61,629 nt of DNA from a virus (taxonomy: Duplodnaviria > Caudoviricetes). The notes below the pieces were generated by a model. The model made no database searches, was not told the origin of the DNA, and saw only the letters and a list, made by a program, of their open reading frames with translations. A program made the position numbers and the translations under genes. Below, piece after piece: positions 1-8,802 of the stretch (position 1 is the stretch's first letter; every line of letters begins with the position of its first letter). Location of the stretch: positions 1 to 61,629 of IMG/VR virus record IMGVR_UViG_3300043772_002642. One strand, 5' to 3'.

Positions 1-186
1 ACTGACTTGGTAAATTTTACAAAAATGTCTTTTACAACACAAGACTCTGAAATGTTAGTTTTTGAATATAAAATGTTAGCCTTTGACAAGTGTGTTGAAT
101 ATAACGGTAACTATATAGTTAAAATGTTTGCTGAGTGTACATCTGATGGACGCTGGCTGGCCGAAAAATATATGCTTATTGACTAA
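1..186 (+). CDS. Partial hypothetical protein (5' end outside window)
   Basis: Frame 1 is open from base 1 to TAA at 184-186 (TDLVNFTKMSF...KYMLID*). Confidence 0.6.
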   Translation, partial: TDLVNFTKMSFTTQDSEMLVFEYKMLAFDKCVEYNGNYIVKMFAECTSDGRWLAEKYMLID

Positions 187-230
187 TTAAATTATTATTA
201 ATATAGTTAAAATAGACAAGATTAATTTTG

Positions 231-752
231 ATGAATAAAAACAAAGTTTTCCATCGTATTAATGAAGGAATCAGGAGCCCACAAATTAGAATTGTAGGTG
301 ATGGTATCGAATCAAAGATTTGTTCGGTACAGGAAGCAATGAAAATTGCCGAACCATTAGATGTTGATGTAGTTGAAATCAACTCAAAGGTTAGTCCACC
401 TGTCTGTAAATTAATTCGTTATGACAAATTTCTTTACGAAGAAAAAAGAAAAGCTAAAGAAATTGAAAAGAAAAACCGTGAACAACGTGTCGATATTAAA
501 GAAATAGGTTTAGGACCAAATACTGACACACACGACATTGAATTTAAAGTTAAACACGCGGTTAACTTTTTAAAAGAAGGTAATAAGGTAAAACTTGTTA
601 TGAAATTTAGTGGACGTGAGATGGTTTATAAAGAGAGGGGTGAAAAATTAATGTTGGAGTTTGTTCAAAAATTAGAAGATTATGGGGTAGCAGAAAGTCT
701 ACCCAAAATGGAAGGTAAAAGAATGTTCGTTACTTTAAAACAAAAAAAATGA
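231..752 (+). CDS. infC: Translation initiation factor IF-3
   Basis: RINEGIRSPQIRIVG, VEINSKVSPPVCKL, IKEIGLGPNTDTHDIEFK, GNKVKLVMKFSGRE and PKMEGKRM match the IF-3 N- and C-domain motifs. ATG at 231; in-frame TTG at 228 and ATT at 225. Confidence 0.95.
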   Translation: MNKNKVFHRINEGIRSPQIRIVGDGIESKICSVQEAMKIAEPLDVDVVEINSKVSPPVCKLIRYDKFLYEEKRKAKEIEKKNREQRVDIKEIGLGPNTDTHDIEFKVKHAVNFLKEGNKVKLVMKFSGREMVYKERGEKLMLEFVQKLEDYGVAESLPKMEGKRMFVTLKQKK

Positions 753-1177
753 AAAAATTATTAATTATTTTATTATCGGTATTAACTTATTCAAGTTATT
801 CTCAAGTTGATTCTACAAATAGATATTTGTTGTGTTCAAATGTTACAAAAACAATTAAATATACTTTTAACACACCTAGGGTATATACACCTGTAACTTA
901 TGTTAATTTAAACTTACATAAAGATAAATTTAGTCATGAAGATAAAAAAAAGGCTTTTGCTGTTTTATTTTTAGCTGGTTTAGCTTTTACAACAGCTTCA
1001 GCTTTAGAAAATGATGGAGCTTACGGTACTTATCAATCTTCACCAAACAAAACTAGTAATTACAATAGTACTTATACCACAAAACCTTTTTGGCAACAAA
1101 CACCAAGACAGATAATGATGTGTTTAGGTATTGGTTTTACAATAGTCGGTGGTGTGGGAATGGCATCTTCTAAATAA
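749..1177 (+). CDS. Hypothetical membrane/secreted protein
   Basis: N-terminal signal-like MKKLLIILLSVL and two hydrophobic segments. Confidence 0.7.
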   Translation: MKKLLIILLSVLTYSSYSQVDSTNRYLLCSNVTKTIKYTFNTPRVYTPVTYVNLNLHKDKFSHEDKKKAFAVLFLAGLAFTTASALENDGAYGTYQSSPNKTSNYNSTYTTKPFWQQTPRQIMMCLGIGFTIVGGVGMASSK

Positions 1178-1205
1178 AAAAGGGACCTACTTGGTCCCTT
1201 TGTTT
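1177..1205. terminator. Bidirectional intrinsic terminator
   Basis: AAAGGGACC-TACTT-GGTCCCTTT flanked by A/T runs between convergent genes. Confidence 0.75.
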
Positions 1206-1576
1206 TAAAATAAACTTTCTAGTTCTTCTGCTGATTTATCTAACTCGTCTTTAATACTTGTATATTCTTTATGAAGTTCAATGTAACCAATTAAGATATC
1301 TTCTAAGTTATTAAACTTATTTACCATCTCAACATTCTGTACTTTACTTAGATTTTTGGTTAAATCAAATATTTTTTCATCATAAATTTCGTTTAAGGTA
1401 TCAATATCATCCTTATCAAAAGCTTCTTTAATTTCTTCAATTAATTCTTGATATTTGTTTTCCATCAATTCTGTTAACGAATCTTTTGGGAAATCTAATT
1501 CTAATTGTTCTTCGGTTAGAAAGTTTTTAACAAACTGCTCCAACTCCGATTCTTTGATTATTAATTTTTTCTTCAT
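1205..1576 (-). CDS. Hypothetical protein with leader-type N terminus
   Basis: MKKKLIIKESELEQFVKNFLTE, then QLELDF; acidic and helical. Confidence 0.75.
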   Translation of the reverse strand: MKKKLIIKESELEQFVKNFLTEEQLELDFPKDSLTELMENKYQELIEEIKEAFDKDDIDTLNEIYDEKIFDLTKNLSKVQNVEMVNKFNNLEDILIGYIELHKEYTSIKDELDKSAEELESLF

Positions 1577-1751
1577 TTTTAAATTTTATTTCTTTTGAGT
1601 TAAGAGTTTCCTCTATGTTACCTATTGAATAGTTGACCCACTCATCTTCATACCTTATTCTAACCATTAGTTGTTTTAATTCACTTATTGTAATCGATTC
1701 AATTACACCCTCACCATTTGGGGTTATAACAGGTATCTCTTTGTGTGTCAT
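1527..1751 (-). CDS. Hypothetical protein
   Basis: 74 aa ORF co-oriented with its neighbours. Confidence 0.6.
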   Translation of the reverse strand: MTHKEIPVITPNGEGVIESITISELKQLMVRIRYEDEWVNYSIGNIEETLNSKEIKFKNEEKINNQRIGVGAVC

Positions 1752-1765
1752 CTCATATAACGTTT

Positions 1766-1939
1766 TTATTTTTTGTGATAAGTTTCCATTAGTGACCTCA
1801 TTTCTTCATTAGTAGATTTTAAAGCCATTTTTAGATACTTTATTTTTTCTTCATCATTTGAATTATTTATCTCGTCTCGCAATGATTTTATTTTACCCAT
1901 CAGACTTTCTAGCCTTAGATAATACGTTTCCTTATCCAT
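1766..1939 (-). CDS. Small hypothetical protein (not in ORF track)
   Basis: MDKETYYLRLESLMGKIKSL...METYHKK*, 57 aa, fills the gap in a minus-strand gene run. Confidence 0.55.
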   Translation of the reverse strand: MDKETYYLRLESLMGKIKSLRDEINNSNDEEKIKYLKMALKSTNEEMRSLMETYHKK

Positions 1940-3384
1940 CTTGATTCTGTTGTAGGTTGTGGTTGTTGTGTGTCATCAACTATTTTCATAACACCTGTAA
2001 CTCTTTTTTTGTAGTTACTATAATTTCTAACAATCCTTTTACCGTTACTTAATTGAATACTTTTTTCAGCAACCCTAGTTACTTTAACTTTCTCACCTGA
2101 ACCATAACGTCTTGCACCTGTGTAGATAATAGTATCACCAACATGTAATTGACTTGTTGCAACGTTTTCATCTCTAGTGATATTAGCCTGATTAAACATT
2201 TTAACATAAGAATCAAAAACCTTGTTTCTATCTTCTGGACCCAACTCACCTAAAACTGATCTAACATCACTGTTAATAGAACCGTATCTTTCCATAATTC
2301 TTTCCATTACTTCTGATAAAGGTATTGTATTATCAGCTCTTCTCAGATAAGTTGCGGCATTCCAACTCATATAGTTTACTGTAACATCAGGTAGTTGACC
2401 GGGTCTAATACTCATTACAACATAAGGTAAACCACTACTTTTGTATCTAGATATATCAGTACCCACCTCATCATTAAATTTATTTAAAAATTCAGAAGCT
2501 TGGTCAACAGAAGCGTCACTCCAATCTTGAAGATTTAAAAATAAATAAACTAAACCTTCTCTTTTCTTAAACATTACTAAAGACTTATTTTTTAACTCCT
2601 CAAGGTCAACTTCATTTTTTTTGTATAACTCAGTCATAAATTCATTTAAATATTTAGAAGTTACTTCAATAAGGTTTTTAGGTAAAAAATTCATCATTAG
2701 AGCTGCATCAATTTTATTGTCTTCCATTGAATACCATTCCCATTGTGTTGGGTCTGGCCTGTCATATCTAATATTAACCGCTACTTTATAAGTGTTAGCG
2801 TTAGGTTTAGTAGGATTGGTACCTTTTTTATCTAAAAAGAAAACCAAAATACCTTCTTTAGTATAACGTTTATAATAATCTGGGTTAGTAGTAGAAACAC
2901 ACCAATTAGAATGTGCTCCGTATGAACAAGATGCCTCATGTGTTAAAGGTGAAACCACTAACCATTTATCATCTTCATATATTTTAACTCTTGAAGCTGT
3001 TTTAGGTTTTTGTTCTTCAAAATACTTACACATAACCTCAATATCATCAGGTGTTGGGTAAGAATTTATATCTTTTGGGGCTCTTTTAATTTTAGTATTT
3101 GTTGTATTTTCACCCTTATATATAGCATTGACATTCTTCTCACTTAAACGATTAACATTTTCGTGAAAACACTGAACCATCTTGATAATGTATTCAGAGT
3201 AGTAATCTACTCTTTGAGTACACATCCAATCAAGATATTTGTTATTTCCTGATGGGTCAGCAGCTGAAAACTGACGAACTACATCTTCAGATACTTTACC
3301 CTCATATTTCTTAATCATATCCTCCAGACGACCTTCGGTAATGATTTGTTCTAAAATGTTATATTTAATATTTTTCATAGTCAT
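1915..3384 (-). CDS. DPSGNNKYL / SCxYG..WC paralog family protein 1
   Basis: Motifs DPSGNNKYLDWM, KDINSY and WLVVSPLTHEASCSYGAHSNWC are shared with four other ORFs. Leader ILEQIITE; GATATTTAT upstream. Confidence 0.85.
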   Translation of the reverse strand: MTMKNIKYNILEQIITEGRLEDMIKKYEGKVSEDVVRQFSAADPSGNNKYLDWMCTQRVDYYSEYIIKMVQCFHENVNRLSEKNVNAIYKGENTTNTKIKRAPKDINSYPTPDDIEVMCKYFEEQKPKTASRVKIYEDDKWLVVSPLTHEASCSYGAHSNWCVSTTNPDYYKRYTKEGILVFFLDKKGTNPTKPNANTYKVAVNIRYDRPDPTQWEWYSMEDNKIDAALMMNFLPKNLIEVTSKYLNEFMTELYKKNEVDLEELKNKSLVMFKKREGLVYLFLNLQDWSDASVDQASEFLNKFNDEVGTDISRYKSSGLPYVVMSIRPGQLPDVTVNYMSWNAATYLRRADNTIPLSEVMERIMERYGSINSDVRSVLGELGPEDRNKVFDSYVKMFNQANITRDENVATSQLHVGDTIIYTGARRYGSGEKVKVTRVAEKSIQLSNGKRIVRNYSNYKKRVTGVMKIVDDTQQPQPTTESRWIRKRII

Positions 3385-3437
3385 AATTTTATATAATTAT
3401 TCTAATAAATAAATATCTATTTTTTATTAATAATCCA

Positions 3438-3466
3438 TTGACACTACGATAAAAAAGACATAATAT
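3438..3466 (+). promoter_or_regulatory. Candidate sigma70-like promoter for the 3.5-4.0 kb ncRNA
   Basis: TTGACA (3438-3443), 17 nt spacer, TAATAT (3461-3466). Confidence 0.45.
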
Positions 3467-3616
3467 TAACTTGTAATCGAAACGGTGAAACCACACAAAA
3501 GTTAAGACGGTAAGATTGATGGACGGATTAAGTAATCACAGAAACAATCAAGGACTGTAAATATAGAGAAAGGGTTTCCTCAATTACAGGAAAGTGGCCC
3601 TACAGACCACTACTAC

Positions 3617-3693
3617 GCGGAGGTAGTTTAATTATTAGAACACAACACATTCCTGTGTTGAAGTGGCAGTGAAAATCTGATTCTTCCGCTCCA
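3617..3693 (+). tRNA. Degenerate tRNA-Gly(UCC)-like element
   Basis: Acceptor GCGGAGG/CTTCCGC plus TCCA; D stem GTTT/GAAC; anticodon arm CAACA-CATTCCTG-TGTTG (8-nt loop). Lacks D-loop GG and T-loop TTC. Confidence 0.6.
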
Positions 3694-3696
3694 AAT

Positions 3697-3770
3697 GCGA
3701 GGGTAGTATAAATTAGTATACTGTGTATTTCCTATACAGAGGCGGGGTTAGTAACCACCCTCTCGCTCTA
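3697..3770 (+). tRNA. Degenerate tRNA-Gly(UCC)-like element
   Basis: Acceptor GCGAGGG/CTCTCGC plus TCTA; D stem GTAT/ATAC; loop TTTCCTA. Weak T arm (TTAGTAA loop); no D-loop GG. Confidence 0.5.
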
Positions 3771-3970
3771 ATGGTGTTAGTTATTCACCAACGTGACTAT
3801 CAGGCCGATGGTCACCATAACAAAAATCCTCTGTCACCGAGTGGTGTTGACCGTTGACTTACGTACAGTCCTTTTTTACGGGTTTTTTACGATCAAAAAA
3901 ATTCATCGGCCAACAGCTGTTAGAGACCTGACCTTTAGTTTGATTTATCACTCTTTTGGTCAGGTTTTTT

Positions 3971-5098
3971 TTAAAATTCAAAGGGATTTATGAGAAAATT
4001 AATTGGATTTCCATCATCATCGACAAAAATAAACTCTTCTGCCCAATATTTACCGTTATTTTCTGTTTGAGAAAAATTATAAAGTTCTTGTTCCGATAAT
4101 TCAGGACCTATATTCCATCTACCATTTTGACGTACATTGATTGTACGTTTAATCCATTTTGTAATTTCGATGTAAGAAGTTTTTTTACCAAAAGATTCTA
4201 AAGTGTCAGGATAATAATCATTGTCTTCTAAAAAATATGCTATCTTGTTGAATCTTCTATCCCCAACCTCAACAGGTGGGTTAAACATTATATATTTAAC
4301 ATCTTCCAATCTAACAGGTTTTCTTGGGTTATCTCTCATTAGTTGATAGTGAAAAGGTTCTGTTACCAAATTTTCAGCCCAACCAAAATCATCCTCAGAT
4401 TCATTTAATGGTGGACTTAAGTGGTAACCATTGTTACCAATTGGTCGCCAATATTTTTCATTAACTAAATTTAAAGCATCTTTATATTTGATAGTATCGA
4501 TATTACCATAATGACAACGTGGTTGTGTTGGGTTAAAATCTTTGGGATTGTATGAAATACCTTGGTTATTACAGTGTTTATATTCTACTTTAAAGTCACC
4601 ATTTCTTTCATAGATTTTGGTAACAAAAAATATATAACGAACATTTTCTGGTCTATAATCAATTGGATGTTCTATACCAACACCGAAATTTGTATCTACA
4701 ATATAAAAAACATCCCCAACTTTAATTGGATCTTCATTAATAATCTCGTTAGCCCAACCAAAATCATCTTTTTCAGATTCAGATAACCTATTACCGGTAT
4801 CGTCAATACCACAAAAATCTTTTTCTAAAAAGGCTTTCTTTGGAAAATAAACTTCTGGGTAATGGTCATCAAGTTTAATTATATAACAATCTATTCCTGT
4901 AAAAATTTCTTCACCAACAATTTCATAACAACCTAACCAACTACACCTAGATTTAAAAATACCTTCATCCTGTCGGTGAACAGGGTTTTTAATGTAAAAA
5001 GGTTTTCCATTTACTATAACCTTTAGTCCTACTTCACCTTGGTCAGGTAACCAATCAAATTCCGATTCTTTTAATATTTTATTAATAATATTTCTCAC
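3971..5098 (-). CDS. Leader-tagged three-module putative polyprotein
   Basis: MRNIINKILKE-SEFDW; internal LSE-SEKDDFGW and LNE-SEDDFGW. AATATTTAT upstream; GTG start. Confidence 0.8.
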   Translation of the reverse strand: MRNIINKILKESEFDWLPDQGEVGLKVIVNGKPFYIKNPVHRQDEGIFKSRCSWLGCYEIVGEEIFTGIDCYIIKLDDHYPEVYFPKKAFLEKDFCGIDDTGNRLSESEKDDFGWANEIINEDPIKVGDVFYIVDTNFGVGIEHPIDYRPENVRYIFFVTKIYERNGDFKVEYKHCNNQGISYNPKDFNPTQPRCHYGNIDTIKYKDALNLVNEKYWRPIGNNGYHLSPPLNESEDDFGWAENLVTEPFHYQLMRDNPRKPVRLEDVKYIMFNPPVEVGDRRFNKIAYFLEDNDYYPDTLESFGKKTSYIEITKWIKRTINVRQNGRWNIGPELSEQELYNFSQTENNGKYWAEEFIFVDDDGNPINFLINPFEF

Positions 5099-5127
5099 TT
5101 TTTAATAAATATTCGTATATTTGTATT

Positions 5128-5631
5128 GTGACAGCCAATAATCAAAATATAACAATCAAAGGTAAAATCGTTTTTGACGTGCCCAACGTTACCCGTAAGC
5201 ACAACCGTCAAGCCGATTGGAAACGTATTGCTATGGTTGTATTTGATGATGAAATGCCTGAATATTATTCTTGGTTTATCAAACGTAGATATAACATAAC
5301 TTTAAATAAACCTTTACGTGGTGCTCACATTACCTTTATTAATGACTCTGTTCGAGAAATTAAAGGTGGTGATAAAGTATGGGAACAAGTTAGAGAAAAA
5401 TGGGATAATCAAGAAATTGAAGTTACCTTGAATGTTGATGTACGTACCAATGTGGAATATTGGTGGTTAAGAGCAAGTTCTAACACTTTCGATGAAGTTA
5501 GAACCGAACTTGGTTTGGGTGAGCCTTATTTTAGTTACCACATGACCGTTGGTTTTCCAAATGAACGTAACATTGAACAATCTGAATATATTCATAATTT
5601 AATACTTAAATTTGGTGAGGAGTATAATTGA
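5128..5631 (+). CDS. 2H phosphoesterase family protein
   Basis: Two H-x-T motifs (AHITF, YHMTV) about 70 aa apart. TATATTTG lies 4 nt before the GTG start. Confidence 0.7.
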   Translation: MTANNQNITIKGKIVFDVPNVTRKHNRQADWKRIAMVVFDDEMPEYYSWFIKRRYNITLNKPLRGAHITFINDSVREIKGGDKVWEQVREKWDNQEIEVTLNVDVRTNVEYWWLRASSNTFDEVRTELGLGEPYFSYHMTVGFPNERNIEQSEYIHNLILKFGEEYN

Positions 5632-5662
5632 TTCCCTACTTTTTTTTGTATATTATTAATAA

Positions 5663-5974
5663 ATGAATGAAAATTATTTAAACCAATTATTTAACAGGGT
5701 TAGTTGGGATTTTGTTGCATCAGGTTCAACAATTAATTACCCAATGTGGACATCAACTGTTACAACTTTTAACAAAAAAGAAGTTTCTTTTATTAAAAAA
5801 GAAATACCAAAATTTAATTTTGAAGAGTCTACTGTTGAATCCACTATGTCTGATGAAGAATTTACCAATTTTCAAAGCCAAGTTTTAAATTACCTACCAA
5901 ATTGGTTTAAAAATAGTTCTTACGGTATAATTTCAGATTCACCACAATACCATTTTTTTGACGAATTTTGTTAA
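5663..5974 (+). CDS. Hypothetical protein
   Basis: 103 aa ORF on the coding strand. Confidence 0.65.
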   Translation: MNENYLNQLFNRVSWDFVASGSTINYPMWTSTVTTFNKKEVSFIKKEIPKFNFEESTVESTMSDEEFTNFQSQVLNYLPNWFKNSSYGIISDSPQYHFFDEFC

Positions 5975-6025
5975 AAAAGACTTCAAGACTACAATATAAA
6001 TTATAAAATTGATATAATTGTTTTT

Positions 6026-6925
6026 ATGGGAAAAAAAGATTTAAAAGAACAAAATAAAGATTTAGAAATTCACGTCATTGACTTAATCAGAAAGTTTGAC
6101 CCTAGTGATACTGGTAAGTACACAAGTTTTTTAACTAAAATTTTAAAAGATAAAATTGGGGAAGAGGTTGATAGACCTAGAAAAGGTCGTCTAAGAATTG
6201 TAAATCTTCAAAACAACGTTAGGGCATTTAAAATCCCAACAGGTAAAAATGACTTAGAAGAAGTTTTAATTAATTATTTGACAGAATTTTATGGTAGAGA
6301 AAACATGGAAGCTTTATTTAGTTTCCATAAACACACAAAAGAAAATAGAATTATAGGTAAAGATATCAATTCTTATAAATCATGGGATGATTTACAAAGA
6401 GAAGTTGCGTTAGCAACATTAAAACAAAATCAAAAATTACTTGAAAAAGAAGTTCAAAAAATTGTTGAAGACGATGAATGGTTGGTTGTTAGACCTTTAA
6501 CCGTAGAATCATCTTTGACCTATGGAGCTGGTACAAAATGGTGTACCGCTTCAAGACACAATAAAGAATATTTTTATCGTTATTCAAGAAACGGTGTTTT
6601 ATGTTATGTTATAAATAAAAATGATGGTGATAAATACGGTTTGTTTTATGATATGGAAAGTAATGAATTTAGTATTTGGAACGCTCCAGATAAAAGAATT
6701 GACTCAATTGAATCAGCGATACCTTCCGATTTAATGTCTAAGCTTTATAAATTCATGAAAAGTGATAAACCTAATTATGAATATTTTTCGGAATCGGAAA
6801 AACATAAGTGTGACGAATATCTTCAGTTGAATATGGTGGAGCCTGTTTACGCTGAACCAATGCCAGACAATGAATATAACAGTGATGAAGATGATGTAGA
6901 AGAAGAAACAATACAAAGAAGTTAA
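6026..6925 (+). CDS. DPSGNNKYL / SCxYG..WC paralog family protein 2 (no leader tag)
   Basis: DPSDTGKYT, KDINSY, WLVVRPLTVESSLTYGAGTKWC. Confidence 0.85.
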   Translation: MGKKDLKEQNKDLEIHVIDLIRKFDPSDTGKYTSFLTKILKDKIGEEVDRPRKGRLRIVNLQNNVRAFKIPTGKNDLEEVLINYLTEFYGRENMEALFSFHKHTKENRIIGKDINSYKSWDDLQREVALATLKQNQKLLEKEVQKIVEDDEWLVVRPLTVESSLTYGAGTKWCTASRHNKEYFYRYSRNGVLCYVINKNDGDKYGLFYDMESNEFSIWNAPDKRIDSIESAIPSDLMSKLYKFMKSDKPNYEYFSESEKHKCDEYLQLNMVEPVYAEPMPDNEYNSDEDDVEEETIQRS

Positions 6926-6926
6926 G

Positions 6927-7127
6927 ATGATAAAAAAAGGAGTATATAGAGACAACAAAGTTTATACAAATGAACCAAAGGTTTATGATGTTGAACGTAC
7001 AATGGATTGGTGGCCAAACAGTAATCAAGAAGTTGGGTTTGAATTAGTGGGTGATAAAGCTATTATAAAATCTTTAGGTAAAACATTAAAACCTGAAGAC
7101 GCTAACAAATATATTGGAAGTTTTTAA
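6927..7127 (+). CDS. Hypothetical protein
   Basis: 66 aa ORF abutting the upstream gene. Confidence 0.6.
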   Translation: MIKKGVYRDNKVYTNEPKVYDVERTMDWWPNSNQEVGFELVGDKAIIKSLGKTLKPEDANKYIGSF

Positions 7128-7131
7128 GTGT

Positions 7132-7350
7132 ATGTCAAAGAAAAAAACCATAAAAAGTTTAATAGATGAATTTTACGTACTAGAGTCAAAAAACACGTTA
7201 GAAGAAATAATTCAATCGATATTGGATGATGTAAGTTTATCTAACGAAGGTAAAATCAATTTTATTAAACTTAAACTACAAATGGATAAGGCTAATAAAG
7301 AAATTATTAAATTATTAGAAGATGAATTAGTTAAAGAAGACCCTGAGTAA
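7132..7350 (+). CDS. Hypothetical protein
   Basis: Likely start MSKKK at 7132; followed by a terminator. Confidence 0.6.
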   Translation: MSKKKTIKSLIDEFYVLESKNTLEEIIQSILDDVSLSNEGKINFIKLKLQMDKANKEIIKLLEDELVKEDPE

Positions 7351-7362
7351 TCAGGGTTTTTT
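7340..7362 (+). terminator. Intrinsic terminator
   Basis: ACCCTGA-GTAA-TCAGGGT followed by a T-run. Confidence 0.75.
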
Positions 7363-7387
7363 GTTTTTATTGGATATTTATTTAAAG

Positions 7388-8716
7388 ATGAATAGTATCC
7401 GTAAAATTACTCGTAAAACCTTATTAAATGAAGTTGCAGGAATCTCCTTTATTGTACGTAAATGGGCTGATATCTTAGAAAAAGAAGTTAAAGAACAGAT
7501 GGCTGCTCACAGGGAAACTGAGATGAAAAAAATACAAAGTGAACCTAAAGAGAAACCAAAAAAACCACAAACTTCATTTGATTTTCCTGAAGATGATAAG
7601 AAAAATGATCCTTTTTATTGGGAAGATGAGTCGGGTTATGGTTCGGGTAGTAAATATAAACGTGATGATGACTATTTTAGTTCTTGGAAAAAAGATAAAA
7701 GATATAGTGATTGGAAAGAACGTGAAGGTGGGTATTATAAAAAAAGATATAAATCTGACGACAATTATGGATATGGTGGAAGAAGTTATGGAAGTTATTC
7801 CTACACACCAAGTCCTCAAATACCACCACTACAAGAAGTTATAGTTATGGGTGAAAAATACCCTGAAGAATACAAAGAATTTTCTGTTGACAAATGGGTT
7901 ATGAAAAGTAGTAATCGTATTGAGTATGACCATCGGTATTCTGGGTATGATGAAGAAGGTAAATACGTTGTTTACCTCAATATACCAATTGCTTCAATGA
8001 GTAAAGGGGCTTTCATACATGAGATTAAACACGCTTATGATGATTGGAATCGTATGAGTCATGGTGGTAAACCTATCCGTGATAGTTGGGAAATTAAAAA
8101 TATATACACCCCTGATTTTGAAAAGTTAGTATTGGGAGGTAGTTTAGGATATCCACAACTTGGTTCATTAATTCGTAATTTTTATTTAGGTTCTAGTTTA
8201 GAAACTCCAGCTTATCTAGAAAATGAATATGATGGTGCTGGTGTTGGTTACCAAGAAATTGGTAGAAAACTAAAAAACTTTAAAATAGATAGTTATTTTA
8301 ATAAACAAGGTGAACCTGCTAAGGGACTTGAGGAAGAATTTGAGGAAATGAAAAAACTCGACATTCCTTTGTTTAAGAAATTTAATAACGTAACCGATTT
8401 TTTAAATTGGGTTAAGAAGTATTTTAACAAAAGAGGTGAGGACATTTTTAAACGTGTTATTAAAATGAAATATGTACACGGTAAACCTTTAGACCCTTTT
8501 GAACCAAAACCATATAAACCAGTTTATACTGGAACTTACCAACCAAAGACACAAACTAAAACTAAAAAAGAATTACCAAAAGAAGATGACCCTTGGGCTG
8601 ATTTTGAAGAAGGTGAAACTATGGGTGATTGGAAGTATTCTAAACAACGTGGTTGGTATTATGTGGGTGAAGACGATGATGATGAATACAACGCAAGAAA
8701 CTATTATAATTACTAA
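7388..8716 (+). CDS. Leader-tagged HExxH (zincin-like) metallopeptidase-domain protein 1
   Basis: MNSIRKITRKTLLNE-VAGISF; HEIKH with downstream LETPAY. GATATTTAT just upstream of ATG 7388. Confidence 0.75.
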   Translation: MNSIRKITRKTLLNEVAGISFIVRKWADILEKEVKEQMAAHRETEMKKIQSEPKEKPKKPQTSFDFPEDDKKNDPFYWEDESGYGSGSKYKRDDDYFSSWKKDKRYSDWKEREGGYYKKRYKSDDNYGYGGRSYGSYSYTPSPQIPPLQEVIVMGEKYPEEYKEFSVDKWVMKSSNRIEYDHRYSGYDEEGKYVVYLNIPIASMSKGAFIHEIKHAYDDWNRMSHGGKPIRDSWEIKNIYTPDFEKLVLGGSLGYPQLGSLIRNFYLGSSLETPAYLENEYDGAGVGYQEIGRKLKNFKIDSYFNKQGEPAKGLEEEFEEMKKLDIPLFKKFNNVTDFLNWVKKYFNKRGEDIFKRVIKMKYVHGKPLDPFEPKPYKPVYTGTYQPKTQTKTKKELPKEDDPWADFEEGETMGDWKYSKQRGWYYVGEDDDDEYNARNYYNY

Positions 8717-8745
8717 TTTAAATACTACCCCTATCACAAATAAAG

Positions 8746-8770
8746 ACCCCGATAACTATCGGGGTTTTTT
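8746..8770 (+). terminator. Intrinsic terminator
   Basis: ACCCCGATA-AC-TATCGGGGT followed by a T-run. Confidence 0.75.
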
Positions 8771-8802
8771 GTTGATGCTCATTTGTTGAGATATTTATTA
8801 TT

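Larger units (their letters stand above)
3467..3970 (+). ncRNA. Large structured ncRNA candidate (RNA1) containing two tRNA-like units
   Basis: No credible ORF. Many stems, including AAGGACTGTA 3550-3559 / TACAGTCCTT 3864-3873 and GGCCGATG 3803-3810 / CATCGGCC 3904-3911. Ends in an ACCTGACC/GGTCAGGT hairpin plus T-run. Confidence 0.7.

Noticed and set aside
3550-3873. RNase P RNA (GGAAAGT near 3589, CTTAC near 3858, closing stem)
   Set aside because: The P4 pairing fails: AAG-T-GGCC would need GGCC-CTT but the sequence is TTGA-CTT. The other conserved regions are not visible.
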